Origin: an uncultured Verrucomicrobiales bacterium
Lineage (GTDB): Bacteria; Verrucomicrobiota; Verrucomicrobiia; Verrucomicrobiales; DEV007
Assembly (NCBI GenBank): GCA_938091905.1
Contig: CALKOM010000150.1
Span: 1 to 59,946 of the forward strand
Direction: 5' to 3'
Length of the DNA stretch: 59,946 bases
How positions within the stretch are numbered: position 1 is the first letter of the stretch; each line of letters opens with the position of its first letter. The position numbers and the translations under genes were made by a program. The notes beneath the pieces are model-generated. The model saw only the letters and a program-made list of their open reading frames with translations. It ran no database searches and was not told where the DNA came from. Below are positions 40,414 to 50,345 of the stretch, piece after piece.

Positions 40414-41007
40414 TTACTTACGGCGACGGAAAGCTAGAAAGCTCAGACCGAGAAGACCGAGAAGAGCACTGGAAGGCTCAGGAACTTTATCGACCAACTG
40501 AATACCGTCAAACACTGCACCACCACCAAGGTCGGCGCTAACTGTGTTACCGAGAACTGCCGCACCAGAACCGCCAAGAATGGCATTGTCTGTTGCATCT
40601 GGCTCGCTCTTAAAATTAAACGCATGATCCCAAACAGCAAGCGCACTTGAAGCCGCGATCGTGCTTCCATTTCCAACCACTGTGTAAACCTTCGCATCAG
40701 CGAAAGAACTACCGCCAACCGTTGAAGTTACTGAGTTTTGGTAGATACCTGGAGCCACGGTGGTTCCAAAAGCGTCACCAAACTGCTGGAAGATCGCCCC
40801 AATCCCGTCAGCACCAACTCCCGCAGGATCTGAACTAAAAGTACCGATTGCGAATACCCCACTATTAACGAGGCCTCCCCCTGACAGGGCCGAATTTACT
40901 AACGGTGCCGGCGTGGTCCCGTTAACATTTGTTACCGTGATAGTCGCCGCCTGAGCCGAAAGCCCTAAAGCAGCTAAACCACTTAAAACTGATAAAGATA
41001 ATTTCAT
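40414..41007 (-). CDS. PEP-CTERM sorting domain protein
   Basis: Signal peptide; C-terminal VPEPSSALLGLLGLSFLAFRRRK. Confidence 0.95.
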   Translation of the reverse strand: MKLSLSVLSGLAALGLSAQAATITVTNVNGTTPAPLVNSALSGGGLVNSGVFAIGTFSSDPAGVGADGIGAIFQQFGDAFGTTVAPGIYQNSVTSTVGGSSFADAKVYTVVGNGSTIAASSALAVWDHAFNFKSEPDATDNAILGGSGAAVLGNTVSADLGGGAVFDGIQLVDKVPEPSSALLGLLGLSFLAFRRRK

Positions 41008-41115
41008 TCCTTGTTTTCCTTAGATGGTTGAGTTGAGCCTGTCTTCTTAATTAGTTAAAGGAAAGGGAGGAAACGTCAACTGTAAAAGTTGAGTTTCCTC
41101 CCAAAGTTGATTCTC

Positions 41116-42117
41116 TTAGAGATCGGCGTAAAATGCTGGTGGTGTCAGCGTAATATCGAACTGGTCTTGGTTGCGCTGGACGATGATACCAGACGTGAGT
41201 GGGAAGTCCGTCTGATCTTCATTGGCAGTGGAGACGAGGCGCCAGCCATCGGTGATTCCCAAGAATGCGGGAAGACCCTCTGCAAAGTAGCCCTTCTTGA
41301 AGCCTGCTCCGTCTGGCATCCAAATGTTGGTCGCATCGGTTGCACTACCTCTCAGTGCAGTTTCAGCAATACCAGAATTGCCAAGAGTAGAACCCGTAGG
41401 ATAAACGCGGCTGAGATAAGTAAAGCCCGCGTCAGCAGTGACATCAGTTGGTGTCAACTTGACATGTCCGGTGAAGGTTAGATCCAGAGCTTCTGCACCA
41501 CGACGCTCGACAATTAGTCCTTTGGTAAAGTCGATACCGAACCCTGCTTGATCTTCATTAGCAGTCGAAACCAGGCGCCAACCGTCAGTGATTCCCAAGA
41601 ATGCAGGAAGACCCTCCGCGTAGTAAGCCTTTTTAAAGCCTTCGCCATCAGGAATCCAGATATTGTCTGCTTCAGTGGCACTGCCTGACAAAAAACCAGC
41701 ACTATTATCAGCACCGAAGTAGTCAGCAAGAGTGCGAACCTTACGGATGATGTAGCTGTTGTTTGCAGGATCAGCGTCGAGGGCGAGCTCGGTAGCAGTC
41801 GTAACAGTGTTTGCAGTATTTCCCGTGATTCGAGAGTGCTGGCCGTTAGCGAACTCGATGGAGTAATCAGACCCTTCAGCCAGGATTGTGGTGAAATCAG
41901 GAGCATTGGCGTCCGTCAAAGTGGCACCAGCAACACCAGTGAGGGCGCTAGAGACGAGAGGGGCATCAACCAAGTTCACACCGATCACTGTGAAAGCACC
42001 GCCACCGGCAGCAGTTTCCGTGTGGTATCCGACAGGCGTGGTGAAGGCCTGTCCATAAGAGAACCCTAGAGTTGCGGCCAGTGCGCTTGCACCGGCGAGT
42101 AGTGTCGTTTTTTTCAT
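41116..42117 (-). CDS. Secreted TIGR02597-like verrucomicrobial protein with internal duplication
   Basis: Signal peptide, TTPVGY near mature N-terminus, TLADYFG, two ~112-aa repeats; family assignment from memory of motifs. Confidence 0.7.
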   Translation of the reverse strand: MKKTTLLAGASALAATLGFSYGQAFTTPVGYHTETAAGGGAFTVIGVNLVDAPLVSSALTGVAGATLTDANAPDFTTILAEGSDYSIEFANGQHSRITGNTANTVTTATELALDADPANNSYIIRKVRTLADYFGADNSAGFLSGSATEADNIWIPDGEGFKKAYYAEGLPAFLGITDGWRLVSTANEDQAGFGIDFTKGLIVERRGAEALDLTFTGHVKLTPTDVTADAGFTYLSRVYPTGSTLGNSGIAETALRGSATDATNIWMPDGAGFKKGYFAEGLPAFLGITDGWRLVSTANEDQTDFPLTSGIIVQRNQDQFDITLTPPAFYADL

Positions 42118-42430
42118 GGTTTGTGTTAGTAATTCGCCGAAGCGTTGAATGCGAAAGCGAGGGTTAGTTGGGGTTTTTGTTCGATTACAGAAGGTAGGCT
42201 ACTGAATTTAACGTTGAGGATCAATGCTTATTTCAGCATCTTGGTGAATTTTTCAGATGACTTGCTGTGGCCTTAAAAACGGATTGAGGTCAGAAAAGTT
42301 ACTTCAAAAAGGAGTATCTATCTGAATTTACTTCCAGAGAACAAGATCTTTTCAGCTTATTGACGAGAAAATCACATAGGTTACGTCGGCCCATTCAGGG
42401 CTAAAAAACTGACCGTTAGGCAGTTACACT

Positions 42431-44842
42431 CTATCTGCGCCGATTTCCACCCGTCAAACGCTGCCACAAATTTCGGCGTTCCCGAGGCTCAGTCTGTTCC
42501 TGATCAGCCTCATTGACAGGGTTTACGGGCGCTCCAAGGTCTGATGGGCGCTTGTTGAACTCCAAAGCACCACGGGTAACCCGGTTGTTTTGGGTCTGCT
42601 CGATGTTCGCATCCACAAGATCTTCTTCAGAATTCACGATCTGGGGTTGAATAAACACGAGGAGTTCCTGGCGATCCTTGCTCTTATTATGACTCCCAAA
42701 GATATGCTTTAAGAGGGGCACATGAACGAGAAGGGGGAGGCCCGTTTTTCCGTCCTGGCGGCTCTCTGTGATAAGACCACCGAGCACGACGGTCGATTTG
42801 TTAGGCACGGTCACTTCCGTTTGAAGTTGCTGAGTGTTTACATCTGGGACTTGGATACCGTTGATGTCGGTGAAGCCACTCGTGGTGTCGTTCTTCTGGA
42901 ATATCTGTAGCGTCACTTCTTCATTCGAATTGATGAGCGGAACCACGTTCAACTCTAACGCAATTCTGCGATACTGAATATTCGAGGTGACACCACTAGT
43001 ATTTAGCCCCCCGGATTGAGTCGATGAGGGAACGGCCACTTCACGACCACTAACAATGGTTCCTGGCCGATTGTTGCTCAAGTAGATCGACGGCCGAGAA
43101 ATGATCTCAAACCGGTCCGTCGTCTCAAGAGCCTGTAAGTAAGCGTTCACATAATCCCCAATCTGCCCATAAACACTAAGCCCTGCGACGCCCGTAGTCG
43201 GAAAATTTGCAATATCAGTGAGATCATTCACGTCAATCAACGCGCCATCGCCGCCTCGCAGCATCCCGCCACTGCGCACGGTGCGTCCTCCAACTTCGTA
43301 TTCCTGCACGCGATGGAGAAGGTCGACACCCCAGCTCACATCATCACCCAGAGTCACTTGGCCAATGATTGTAGAAATATAGACCTGGCGAGGTTTGACA
43401 TCGATTTCATCAATGATAGTATTGACTAACAGAAGATCTTCGGGTGGCCCCGTCGCGATAATTGTGTTAATTTTAGGATCGGCGATCAGAAGCGTAGAGA
43501 CTCCGATAGGGACTGAGATGGGGCCAGAGTCTTGGATACCGAATCCATTGAGACCACCGCCACCTCCTCCGAAGCCACCTCCTCCGAAGCCGCTGGAGCT
43601 CCCAAAGCCGCCACTAGAACTTCCGAAGTTGGAACCGCCAAAACTAGATCCACCGCGAGAGTTGAATCCACCAGTGTTGCCGAATCCGGAGTTGCCGTTG
43701 CTCCCGCCAAAGCCCGTCGATCGGTTGTTCGTATTCCGTCCGCCGCCGAGGTTCGAAGTGAGGGCGCTTCCACCACCAGCCCCTGCCTCACCACGTGGTG
43801 TCAGTGCATCGGCAAGCACGGGAAGAGCCAACTGGACGGACACGTGACGTAGAGCACGGTTAATGAAGCGCTTCACTTCAACTTCGGCATCGAGCTCCTT
43901 AATCAGATTCTCGATGTAAACGACGTCTAACGGCCGCCCGATGACAATGAGCCGGTTCGTGCGTTCATCAGGATAAACAACGATCGGCTGCGTCGTTCCA
44001 GGGCCGCCAGTAGGACTTGGCGCGGCGGAGGCTGCAGCAGCACCGCCAGTGCCGGGAGGGCGGTTCGTCGCCTGAGGAGTCGTACGCCGGGTGGTCCCGG
44101 TTCGGTTACCAGCGCTACCGGAGCGTTGCTCCTGCTGCTGACTAAGAATGTCATTGATCGCCGCCGAAACGACGGATGCCTCTGCACGCAAAAGCTGGAA
44201 GACCTGAGTCTTCACCTGAGCAGGCTTTACATCGATCTTGTTCTTTAGCTCGACGAGCTGCCTCACCACCAGCGCGTTCTCCGTAATCACGAGCATGTTC
44301 ACGTCCGGCACAGCAGTGATGGCCGCATATGGTGTCGCCGTATTCTTAGTAACTTCTTGGAAGATACGAATGGCTTCATCCGTGGTGACGAACTCCAACT
44401 TCATGATGTAGTTGATGACCACCTCACCATCGGGGATGTCATACTCTTCGGAATAAGTTTCGATACCCTCCCGAGTTGGCGTACTGCCCGCACGCCAATT
44501 GACTGCTTTGAGAATGTTGTCCGTGGTCGGGATCAGCGCTATGCCATTCAAGAGAAGAGAACGCTCCATGAAATCTAACCATTCCGCGTTCGTTGCTGGT
44601 GCATGCACGGTCTCGATGGTGATCGGAATATCGAGCGCCGTGATATCCCTAACAATCATCTTTCCACTGACGGTCTCAAAGTCTTGTAAAATGAATTTGA
44701 GTGGGGTCTGAGGATATTGGATCTCTGGAGGCTTGCCATCAATGGTCGCTGGCAGGTCTTGAGCAAGCAAGGAACCCGCGCCGATCGATAGGCTGAGCAA
44801 TCCCAAGAGCGGGACGGTAAGTGAACGAGAACGTGTGAACAT
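42431..44842 (-). CDS. gspD: Type II secretion secretin
   Basis: N domains (DERTNRLIV, ADPKINTIIA), QVYI, ISRPSI, LELNVVPLI, TVVLGGLI, PLLKHIF, ELLVFIQPQIV. Confidence 0.92.
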   Translation of the reverse strand: MFTRSRSLTVPLLGLLSLSIGAGSLLAQDLPATIDGKPPEIQYPQTPLKFILQDFETVSGKMIVRDITALDIPITIETVHAPATNAEWLDFMERSLLLNGIALIPTTDNILKAVNWRAGSTPTREGIETYSEEYDIPDGEVVINYIMKLEFVTTDEAIRIFQEVTKNTATPYAAITAVPDVNMLVITENALVVRQLVELKNKIDVKPAQVKTQVFQLLRAEASVVSAAINDILSQQQEQRSGSAGNRTGTTRRTTPQATNRPPGTGGAAAASAAPSPTGGPGTTQPIVVYPDERTNRLIVIGRPLDVVYIENLIKELDAEVEVKRFINRALRHVSVQLALPVLADALTPRGEAGAGGGSALTSNLGGGRNTNNRSTGFGGSNGNSGFGNTGGFNSRGGSSFGGSNFGSSSGGFGSSSGFGGGGFGGGGGGLNGFGIQDSGPISVPIGVSTLLIADPKINTIIATGPPEDLLLVNTIIDEIDVKPRQVYISTIIGQVTLGDDVSWGVDLLHRVQEYEVGGRTVRSGGMLRGGDGALIDVNDLTDIANFPTTGVAGLSVYGQIGDYVNAYLQALETTDRFEIISRPSIYLSNNRPGTIVSGREVAVPSSTQSGGLNTSGVTSNIQYRRIALELNVVPLINSNEEVTLQIFQKNDTTSGFTDINGIQVPDVNTQQLQTEVTVPNKSTVVLGGLITESRQDGKTGLPLLVHVPLLKHIFGSHNKSKDRQELLVFIQPQIVNSEEDLVDANIEQTQNNRVTRGALEFNKRPSDLGAPVNPVNEADQEQTEPRERRNLWQRLTGGNRRR

Positions 44843-44889
44843 GAACAGATAAATTAAAATGATAGATAGAATGGAAGGAGCACGTGGCT

Positions 44890-45570
44890 CTATTTGCCCC
44901 TGAGGCCAGGAGGAAGAATCACGCGGCGTTTGCCAGGTGTGGTAGAACCTTTCGTCGTTGTGGGCGTCGTCTTACGAGTCGTCGGCACCGTACGACGGGT
45001 CGTCGGCCTCCCAGTGGTAGGCCTCTTGTTTGCGGTAGAGGCCTTAGCCTTGAGCTGCTTATCGCTGTACTTCACCGTTGCCGTTTTGACCGAAGCTCCG
45101 CTTCCAGTGGCGAGCACAACCTCTACTTGAGAGGCATCGCGATGTGGTTTGACACTCTGAATGCGCAAATCTCCACTAGTTTGGCCTTCGACGAGGCGAT
45201 GATGGGCCAAGCGGCGCTGCGCTGGGTCTTCGTCGCCGACAAGCTTGGTGTTCTCCACATGGACAACATAGTTTCCACCAATGCGAGTAACAGCCCGCAC
45301 GATCAAATCGTCCGCCCAAGGATCCTCAGCCTTCTCTTCCGCCACCGGGACAACCTCTTGCATAAAAGGATTCTTCCGAAAGATCGCGTCATAGCGCCGT
45401 GGATCGAACTTCTTCGGAGGGAAATCCGAGGCCGTGCCACCATCGGCCGCCGCAGAAGCACCCGAAACCCCGATGTTGTTGTTGGCAGCCTTTGGGGTTT
45501 GCCCAACCGATAGGCTAACCAAGGCAAGAATTGCTGGCAATGCCAAGAGCAGTGGTGTCGTCGTTTTCAT
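44890..45570 (-). CDS. Secreted hypothetical protein in T2SS operon (possible GspC/PilP counterpart)
   Basis: Signal peptide, RKNPF motif then small beta domain and Thr/Arg-rich tail; lies between gspM-like and gspD. Confidence 0.6.
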   Translation of the reverse strand: MKTTTPLLLALPAILALVSLSVGQTPKAANNNIGVSGASAAADGGTASDFPPKKFDPRRYDAIFRKNPFMQEVVPVAEEKAEDPWADDLIVRAVTRIGGNYVVHVENTKLVGDEDPAQRRLAHHRLVEGQTSGDLRIQSVKPHRDASQVEVVLATGSGASVKTATVKYSDKQLKAKASTANKRPTTGRPTTRRTVPTTRKTTPTTTKGSTTPGKRRVILPPGLRGK

Positions 45571-45600
45571 GATACTAATTTATTAAGCGGTTCTGATCGG

Positions 45601-46833
45601 CTAATTCGTCTTCGGTCCGTTCCCGAAGCCAGGGTTCTCTTTGATCCCCTTATTGTTTCCGGCACCAGGGGTATTCTCGTTCCAGGGCAAACCCACAACA
45701 GCTTTCGGATTTATCGATTGGAAAGGTCGGGAGATATCGGGACCATCAACGGGTGCTCCGTTATCGACCCGAATGATGGATGCGGATCGCTCGACCACCG
45801 GCACGGCCTCGTCGACAGCATCGGGAACGAGCTCCACGCCCGTTGAAACTTGGCCAAGTCCGCCAGGATTATCGCCCGCCATCAGTGGCGGGGGAGTCGG
45901 ACCACCACGAATAACGCGCCCGTCGACGCTGGCAAAGCTCGCACGATTGGATCCAGTCACAAGGCTCGTCTTGTCCTCCCCGGCAGGAACCGTTGGAGGC
46001 TTGGCACCGGGCAGACGCACCCGAGGCCGGGCCGGTTTCCCATCGTCACCTCCTACACTAGGACTGGTTGTCGCAGGCGGCGAACTGTTGAAAGAAGGCG
46101 GCTTCACCGTCGCCTGAGGCCGCTTCACGGGATTGCTCATTTCATTCACACCTTCTGAATCGCCTGATTTGTTGCCTTGATCAGCAGGTGCTGCGGATCC
46201 CGTGGGAACCACATTGGGCACGTTTAGAGCAGGGACCGGATCGATCTCAGGAGCCGGCCCCATGGATCTCAACGTAACGTTCGACATCGCGAGAATTTCT
46301 TTCGTCGCGTAGCGCTGCTCGATCGTGACCTCACAGGTCAAGTTCTCAGCCTCCTTCTTCTTTTTCGGGAACAGGTGAAGGTGCGTGACCACACGAAAAG
46401 CCGACTCAGACTGCAACTGAGTCATCCATTGGACGATATTCTCAATGCTCCCAGCAACAACGACGCGACGCTCAAACGCCCAGTAGTAGGTCTCTCTGCT
46501 TGGCGCCTTCTCTGGCGGCGAACTGATCAGGGTCAGACCGGAAGCTTCGATCCCACGCACAGCTAGAATGCGATCCAGATTCTCCTTGGCTTCATACTCG
46601 TCCGCCGCGACGGGCTGATTCTTATTCAGCCAATCCCGCTTCTGGTTAAACTCGATCTCTTGCTTCTTCATTGTGAGCAAACTCTGACGTTGCGCTTGAA
46701 GATCGATCTTCTGCGAATTTACCGTCTGCAGTCCCTTCGAATACCATTCGTGCCCAAAGAACGTGACTAACAGCAGCACCGTGCCAAGAAAGATGAGTAG
46801 GAGGCGAACCTCACTGGCTTTAAGCTGACCCAT
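45601..46833 (-). CDS. GspM/PilO-like protein with long Pro-rich C-terminal extension
   Basis: SE..LL N-terminal TM, coiled coil, ferredoxin-like segment (AGSIENIVQWMTQLQ); position after gspL-like. Confidence 0.65.
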   Translation of the reverse strand: MGQLKASEVRLLLIFLGTVLLLVTFFGHEWYSKGLQTVNSQKIDLQAQRQSLLTMKKQEIEFNQKRDWLNKNQPVAADEYEAKENLDRILAVRGIEASGLTLISSPPEKAPSRETYYWAFERRVVVAGSIENIVQWMTQLQSESAFRVVTHLHLFPKKKKEAENLTCEVTIEQRYATKEILAMSNVTLRSMGPAPEIDPVPALNVPNVVPTGSAAPADQGNKSGDSEGVNEMSNPVKRPQATVKPPSFNSSPPATTSPSVGGDDGKPARPRVRLPGAKPPTVPAGEDKTSLVTGSNRASFASVDGRVIRGGPTPPPLMAGDNPGGLGQVSTGVELVPDAVDEAVPVVERSASIIRVDNGAPVDGPDISRPFQSINPKAVVGLPWNENTPGAGNNKGIKENPGFGNGPKTN

Positions 46834-48070
46834 AAAGATAATCTCCTTTCAGTTCGAAAGTAACGATGCCCGTCTTGTCCATCTTGAAGGGCTGATGTGT
46901 CCATTCATAGTCTCCCAACGTCTTGTTTGCCTTGAGCTTACTGATGTAGCGGTTCGCCATCGAGCGATTCACCGCCTCACCCTTTAAAAGAATACGATCT
47001 GTATTCACATCGTAGTCTAACACCCGCACGCCAGTCTCCGGCATATCTTGCAAGACCCGCAGAAACAGCTCTAACGGAAAACGATCGAGATGAATCGCAT
47101 CTCCCAACGCATTCCACCGATTCGCCGTCGGCTCAATCCACCCTACATCCTGGCGCAGCTTGCCGACGCTGGCTGTAAGCTTCGTGACCTCCTGCTTCTT
47201 CCAGAAAAAGAAGGCCGCAAAGCCAGCCAGCATCAGGACATAGAAGAGCGCAGCAGCCGAGATCCAGTTCCGAATCTTCTGACGCTTGGCCGCAGTTTCA
47301 CGATTCTCCGCCACTGAATTTGGCAGGAGATCAAGCAACCTCTCAGGCAAGAGCGGATGCGGACGATCTTCCACATGCACATTCATTTCCGCCTCTGCTT
47401 CCAAGAGCGCGCGGCTCTCTTCATTCAACTGGCGACTCCAGACGACGATGCCTGTGAGATCTTCAATGACGCCCTGGCCATGCAATTGCATGAGCAAGCA
47501 TTTTAGCTCTAACATTGCATCTGCATTCAGATCCGTCGAGTTGAGCGCTTGGAAATACGCTGGTTGCCCTTTCCGAGTGGCCACGGCAACCCAGCGTCCC
47601 AATTCACGCCAAAGAACCAGGTGGTTCCGTGGCAAAGCGAGGAAATTTGGCGAAATATCGAAATGATCCGCATCGCCTTTGGGAAGATCGATCGGCTTGC
47701 CATCTGCAATGAGAATCGGCATGAGCAAGCTGCGCTCCTCCTCACGATCCAAGGTGACGAAGTCATAGTGCTGGCCCATGCCATAGTCTGGCTTGGTTCC
47801 ATTCGCCTCCAATCTCATTTCGACAATGTCAGGAACCAGAGACTCGTCCTCTGCTGCCGCCCAGAAGGGTGAGCAGAAGACCGAAGTCACGGGGAAAGCA
47901 TAGTGGCTCACGCCTCGGAATTCGCTGGGGGAAGACGCGTTGCCCTTGTCGGAGCGTTCATGCCGTAGCACGCCGCTTCCTTTCTTGGTATCGCCTGTCC
48001 ACAGCTCCCACTGTTCTTCGCCTGGATAGGCGAGAACAATCTCGGAGCTGGATGCGCTCTTGTTACTCAT
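46820..48070 (-). CDS. GspL/PilMN-like protein
   Basis: Cytoplasmic domain, TM, coiled coil, PilN-like PETGVRV...ILLKGEA. Confidence 0.7.
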   Translation of the reverse strand: MSNKSASSSEIVLAYPGEEQWELWTGDTKKGSGVLRHERSDKGNASSPSEFRGVSHYAFPVTSVFCSPFWAAAEDESLVPDIVEMRLEANGTKPDYGMGQHYDFVTLDREEERSLLMPILIADGKPIDLPKGDADHFDISPNFLALPRNHLVLWRELGRWVAVATRKGQPAYFQALNSTDLNADAMLELKCLLMQLHGQGVIEDLTGIVVWSRQLNEESRALLEAEAEMNVHVEDRPHPLLPERLLDLLPNSVAENRETAAKRQKIRNWISAAALFYVLMLAGFAAFFFWKKQEVTKLTASVGKLRQDVGWIEPTANRWNALGDAIHLDRFPLELFLRVLQDMPETGVRVLDYDVNTDRILLKGEAVNRSMANRYISKLKANKTLGDYEWTHQPFKMDKTGIVTFELKGDYLYGSA

Positions 48071-48087
48071 AAGTTCAGTCTAGCAGG

Positions 48088-49017
48088 TTAATTGTAAATT
48101 TCTTCGCGATTTAGAATGACTGGATTGCTCTCGCGGTTTCGCAGGACGAGGACAATCATCTTCTGATAGTCCCCCACTCTACCGACACTCTCGATCCGAG
48201 TCGTCTCGTCGTTCACAGTCAATCGGTTCGCTTGCGGAGAGCCCTCGTCTAGCCCCAATTCGGAAAGGGCCGCCGATAAACTCTCGAACTGAGCGTCGTC
48301 CTCCGTGCCTTCGATCCCATCAGCGCCCCGGCGCACGGTGATGAAATCCTCCGCCGCAAAGTCCGAGACCTCGGCCACCATCATAATAGATTCCTGGTCC
48401 GCATCACGGAGATCCAGCTTCCCTCCACTAAAGAGGGTAAAGAAGCTGCGCCAATTCGGTTTCACAAGGTTTAGGTAGTCCATCCCTTTGACCAAAGCCA
48501 TTTCTTGCAAGTCGTAGAAAGGCCGATTGAACGGGTAGGTGGGAAACCCCGCCTCGAAGTAATACTCGTTCTCGGCCCCACTGATGTTGGTTTCATCGTC
48601 CGGGTCGATCCAATCGATGAGACAATCGCTCAACTCCTCAGCTTGTTCCAACTCTAGCCCCCAAAAGGTGAAGATGCGCTCGAGAAACTCGCGATCATTT
48701 TGCTGGAGGAGTAGGTTGATATTGATCTTCCCGCCTTCACCCTTGATTCGAACGCTATAGCCTTCATCAGCCAAGGTATCGAAACGCGTCAGGATGGGAT
48801 CGTAGCGTTGCACTTGCGGATTTGCTGCAATGGCCAAACCCATTTCACAAAGCTGGTTCGCTCGGAAATCGTGTTTCTGCGAAACAACAAGATTCACATC
48901 ACTACTCACGAGTTGGATCGTCGTGAAAAGGAACAACGTTAGTATCGCCATCAGCCAGAAGACCATGAGTAGAGCGGAGCCGCGTTCGCGAACAGCTGAG
49001 AAATGGGTGATCTTCAT
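48088..49017 (-). CDS. gspK: Minor pseudopilin GspK
   Basis: RG|SALLMVFW, GKININ, LIDWIDPD, GAENEYY, NRPF..L.EM.LVKG. Confidence 0.92.
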   Translation of the reverse strand: MKITHFSAVRERGSALLMVFWLMAILTLFLFTTIQLVSSDVNLVVSQKHDFRANQLCEMGLAIAANPQVQRYDPILTRFDTLADEGYSVRIKGEGGKININLLLQQNDREFLERIFTFWGLELEQAEELSDCLIDWIDPDDETNISGAENEYYFEAGFPTYPFNRPFYDLQEMALVKGMDYLNLVKPNWRSFFTLFSGGKLDLRDADQESIMMVAEVSDFAAEDFITVRRGADGIEGTEDDAQFESLSAALSELGLDEGSPQANRLTVNDETTRIESVGRVGDYQKMIVLVLRNRESNPVILNREEIYN

Positions 49018-49901
49018 CGCCCGCCTCCTCTCCCGCTGCCACTTGGAGGCGCTCCGCCACCACGTCCGCCAGCGCCACCACGTCCGCCAGCGCCGCCACG
49101 TCCACCGCCGCTTGGAGGTCCATCACCACCACGTCCACCCCCTTGACCCACCTGGGCACCGCCGCCGCCACCTCCCTGACCACCACCTTGTTGGTTGTTC
49201 GATTGGACGAGTTGCTCCGGGTTGATCATGTTCGGGATCCAGAAGATGGACTCGACTTTCTCATCCAATCCCTGGCCTAAAAACTGCAGTTCAAGGCGTA
49301 CGATGCCCGGACGCTTTTGAGGATCTTCCCAAAGCTCAACCCACTCACCGGCATCACCTAACGTTTCATCAAAGAATGTCCACCGGAAGACCATGACGTC
49401 AGAAAGTAAGTTCAGCCAAAGCCCAGGCTGCTGGCTAATGCCCCCCATGCTCGATCGATAATCCTCGGGCGCTTCTTCATCGAGATAGAGCAAGCCCACA
49501 TCAAGCGAACCTCGCGAAGACTTCTTCGACATCAGCACCACGCGCGACGAACCAGCAGGTACCGACGGCCAGTAGTAAGCCAGCGGGTAATTGTAAAACA
49601 CAATGTCAGTCTCTGGCGGATTGCCATTTATTGGCAGCATCGTGATTCCTGCATTGCCTGGCATCCGCTCGAAATTCCGCCGGAGTAATCGCAGGAAGTT
49701 ATGCAAACGAATCTCTTCGTTCTGCGATTCAGAAACCGCATTGCTCAACTTCACCGTCCCCACAGCCACAGCATAAATACCGCTCACAATCAGCCCGAGT
49801 ATCGCCATGCCCAGCACGATCTCGATCAGGGTAAAACCCTGATCGCGACGAGCGTAAGCGCCGGTGATTCGGCTACTGCGTGTTGCGATAGAGACGCGCA
49901 T
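49014..49901 (-). CDS. gspJ: Minor pseudopilin GspJ-like with Gly/RGG tail
   Basis: QG|FTLIEIV prepilin motif, W...W...RP.IVRLEL; start placed at ATG 49901. Confidence 0.8.
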   Translation of the reverse strand: MRVSIATRSSRITGAYARRDQGFTLIEIVLGMAILGLIVSGIYAVAVGTVKLSNAVSESQNEEIRLHNFLRLLRRNFERMPGNAGITMLPINGNPPETDIVFYNYPLAYYWPSVPAGSSRVVLMSKKSSRGSLDVGLLYLDEEAPEDYRSSMGGISQQPGLWLNLLSDVMVFRWTFFDETLGDAGEWVELWEDPQKRPGIVRLELQFLGQGLDEKVESIFWIPNMINPEQLVQSNNQQGGGQGGGGGGAQVGQGGGRGGDGPPSGGGRGGAGGRGGAGGRGGGAPPSGSGRGGGR

Positions 49902-50298
49902 AACGGTAGGTTTCAACGAATTGTTCTTGCATGCCGCTCGGCTCTTGCCACACAGCCCGAATTTGAATACGCAGCATCTCAGGGAGTACCGCGTCATCTA
50001 CATTATAAAGCTCTAACTCCTCCACCATGCTCTCGTAAACGACACCATAGGCATCGGGAGGCGAGGTTTCCTGACGAGGTTCAATATTCGGATCTCGAAG
50101 ATGCCAAGTGAGGAGCGTTTCTAGGTTCCGCATCATGGTCATCTCCCGCTGCGACTGCATGGCCACGGCACCTAGCTTATCGATCGCCACCGTCAACGAC
50201 ACTGCAATCACGCTCAGAATGCTCACCGCCAGGATCGCCTCCAAGAGGATGAACCCGCGAGCGTGATGACTGCTGCGTGATGTTAGCGTTAGCTGCAT
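49873..50298 (-). CDS. gspI: Minor pseudopilin GspI-like
   Basis: RG|FILLEAILA; size and position. Confidence 0.75.
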   Translation of the reverse strand: MQLTLTSRSSHHARGFILLEAILAVSILSVIAVSLTVAIDKLGAVAMQSQREMTMMRNLETLLTWHLRDPNIEPRQETSPPDAYGVVYESMVEELELYNVDDAVLPEMLRIQIRAVWQEPSGMQEQFVETYRYARLYRNTQ

Positions 50299-50345
50299 GT
50301 TAGTAAGGTAGTTCCGGCACTCTGCTAGCGACCCAAGCTAGCGGA

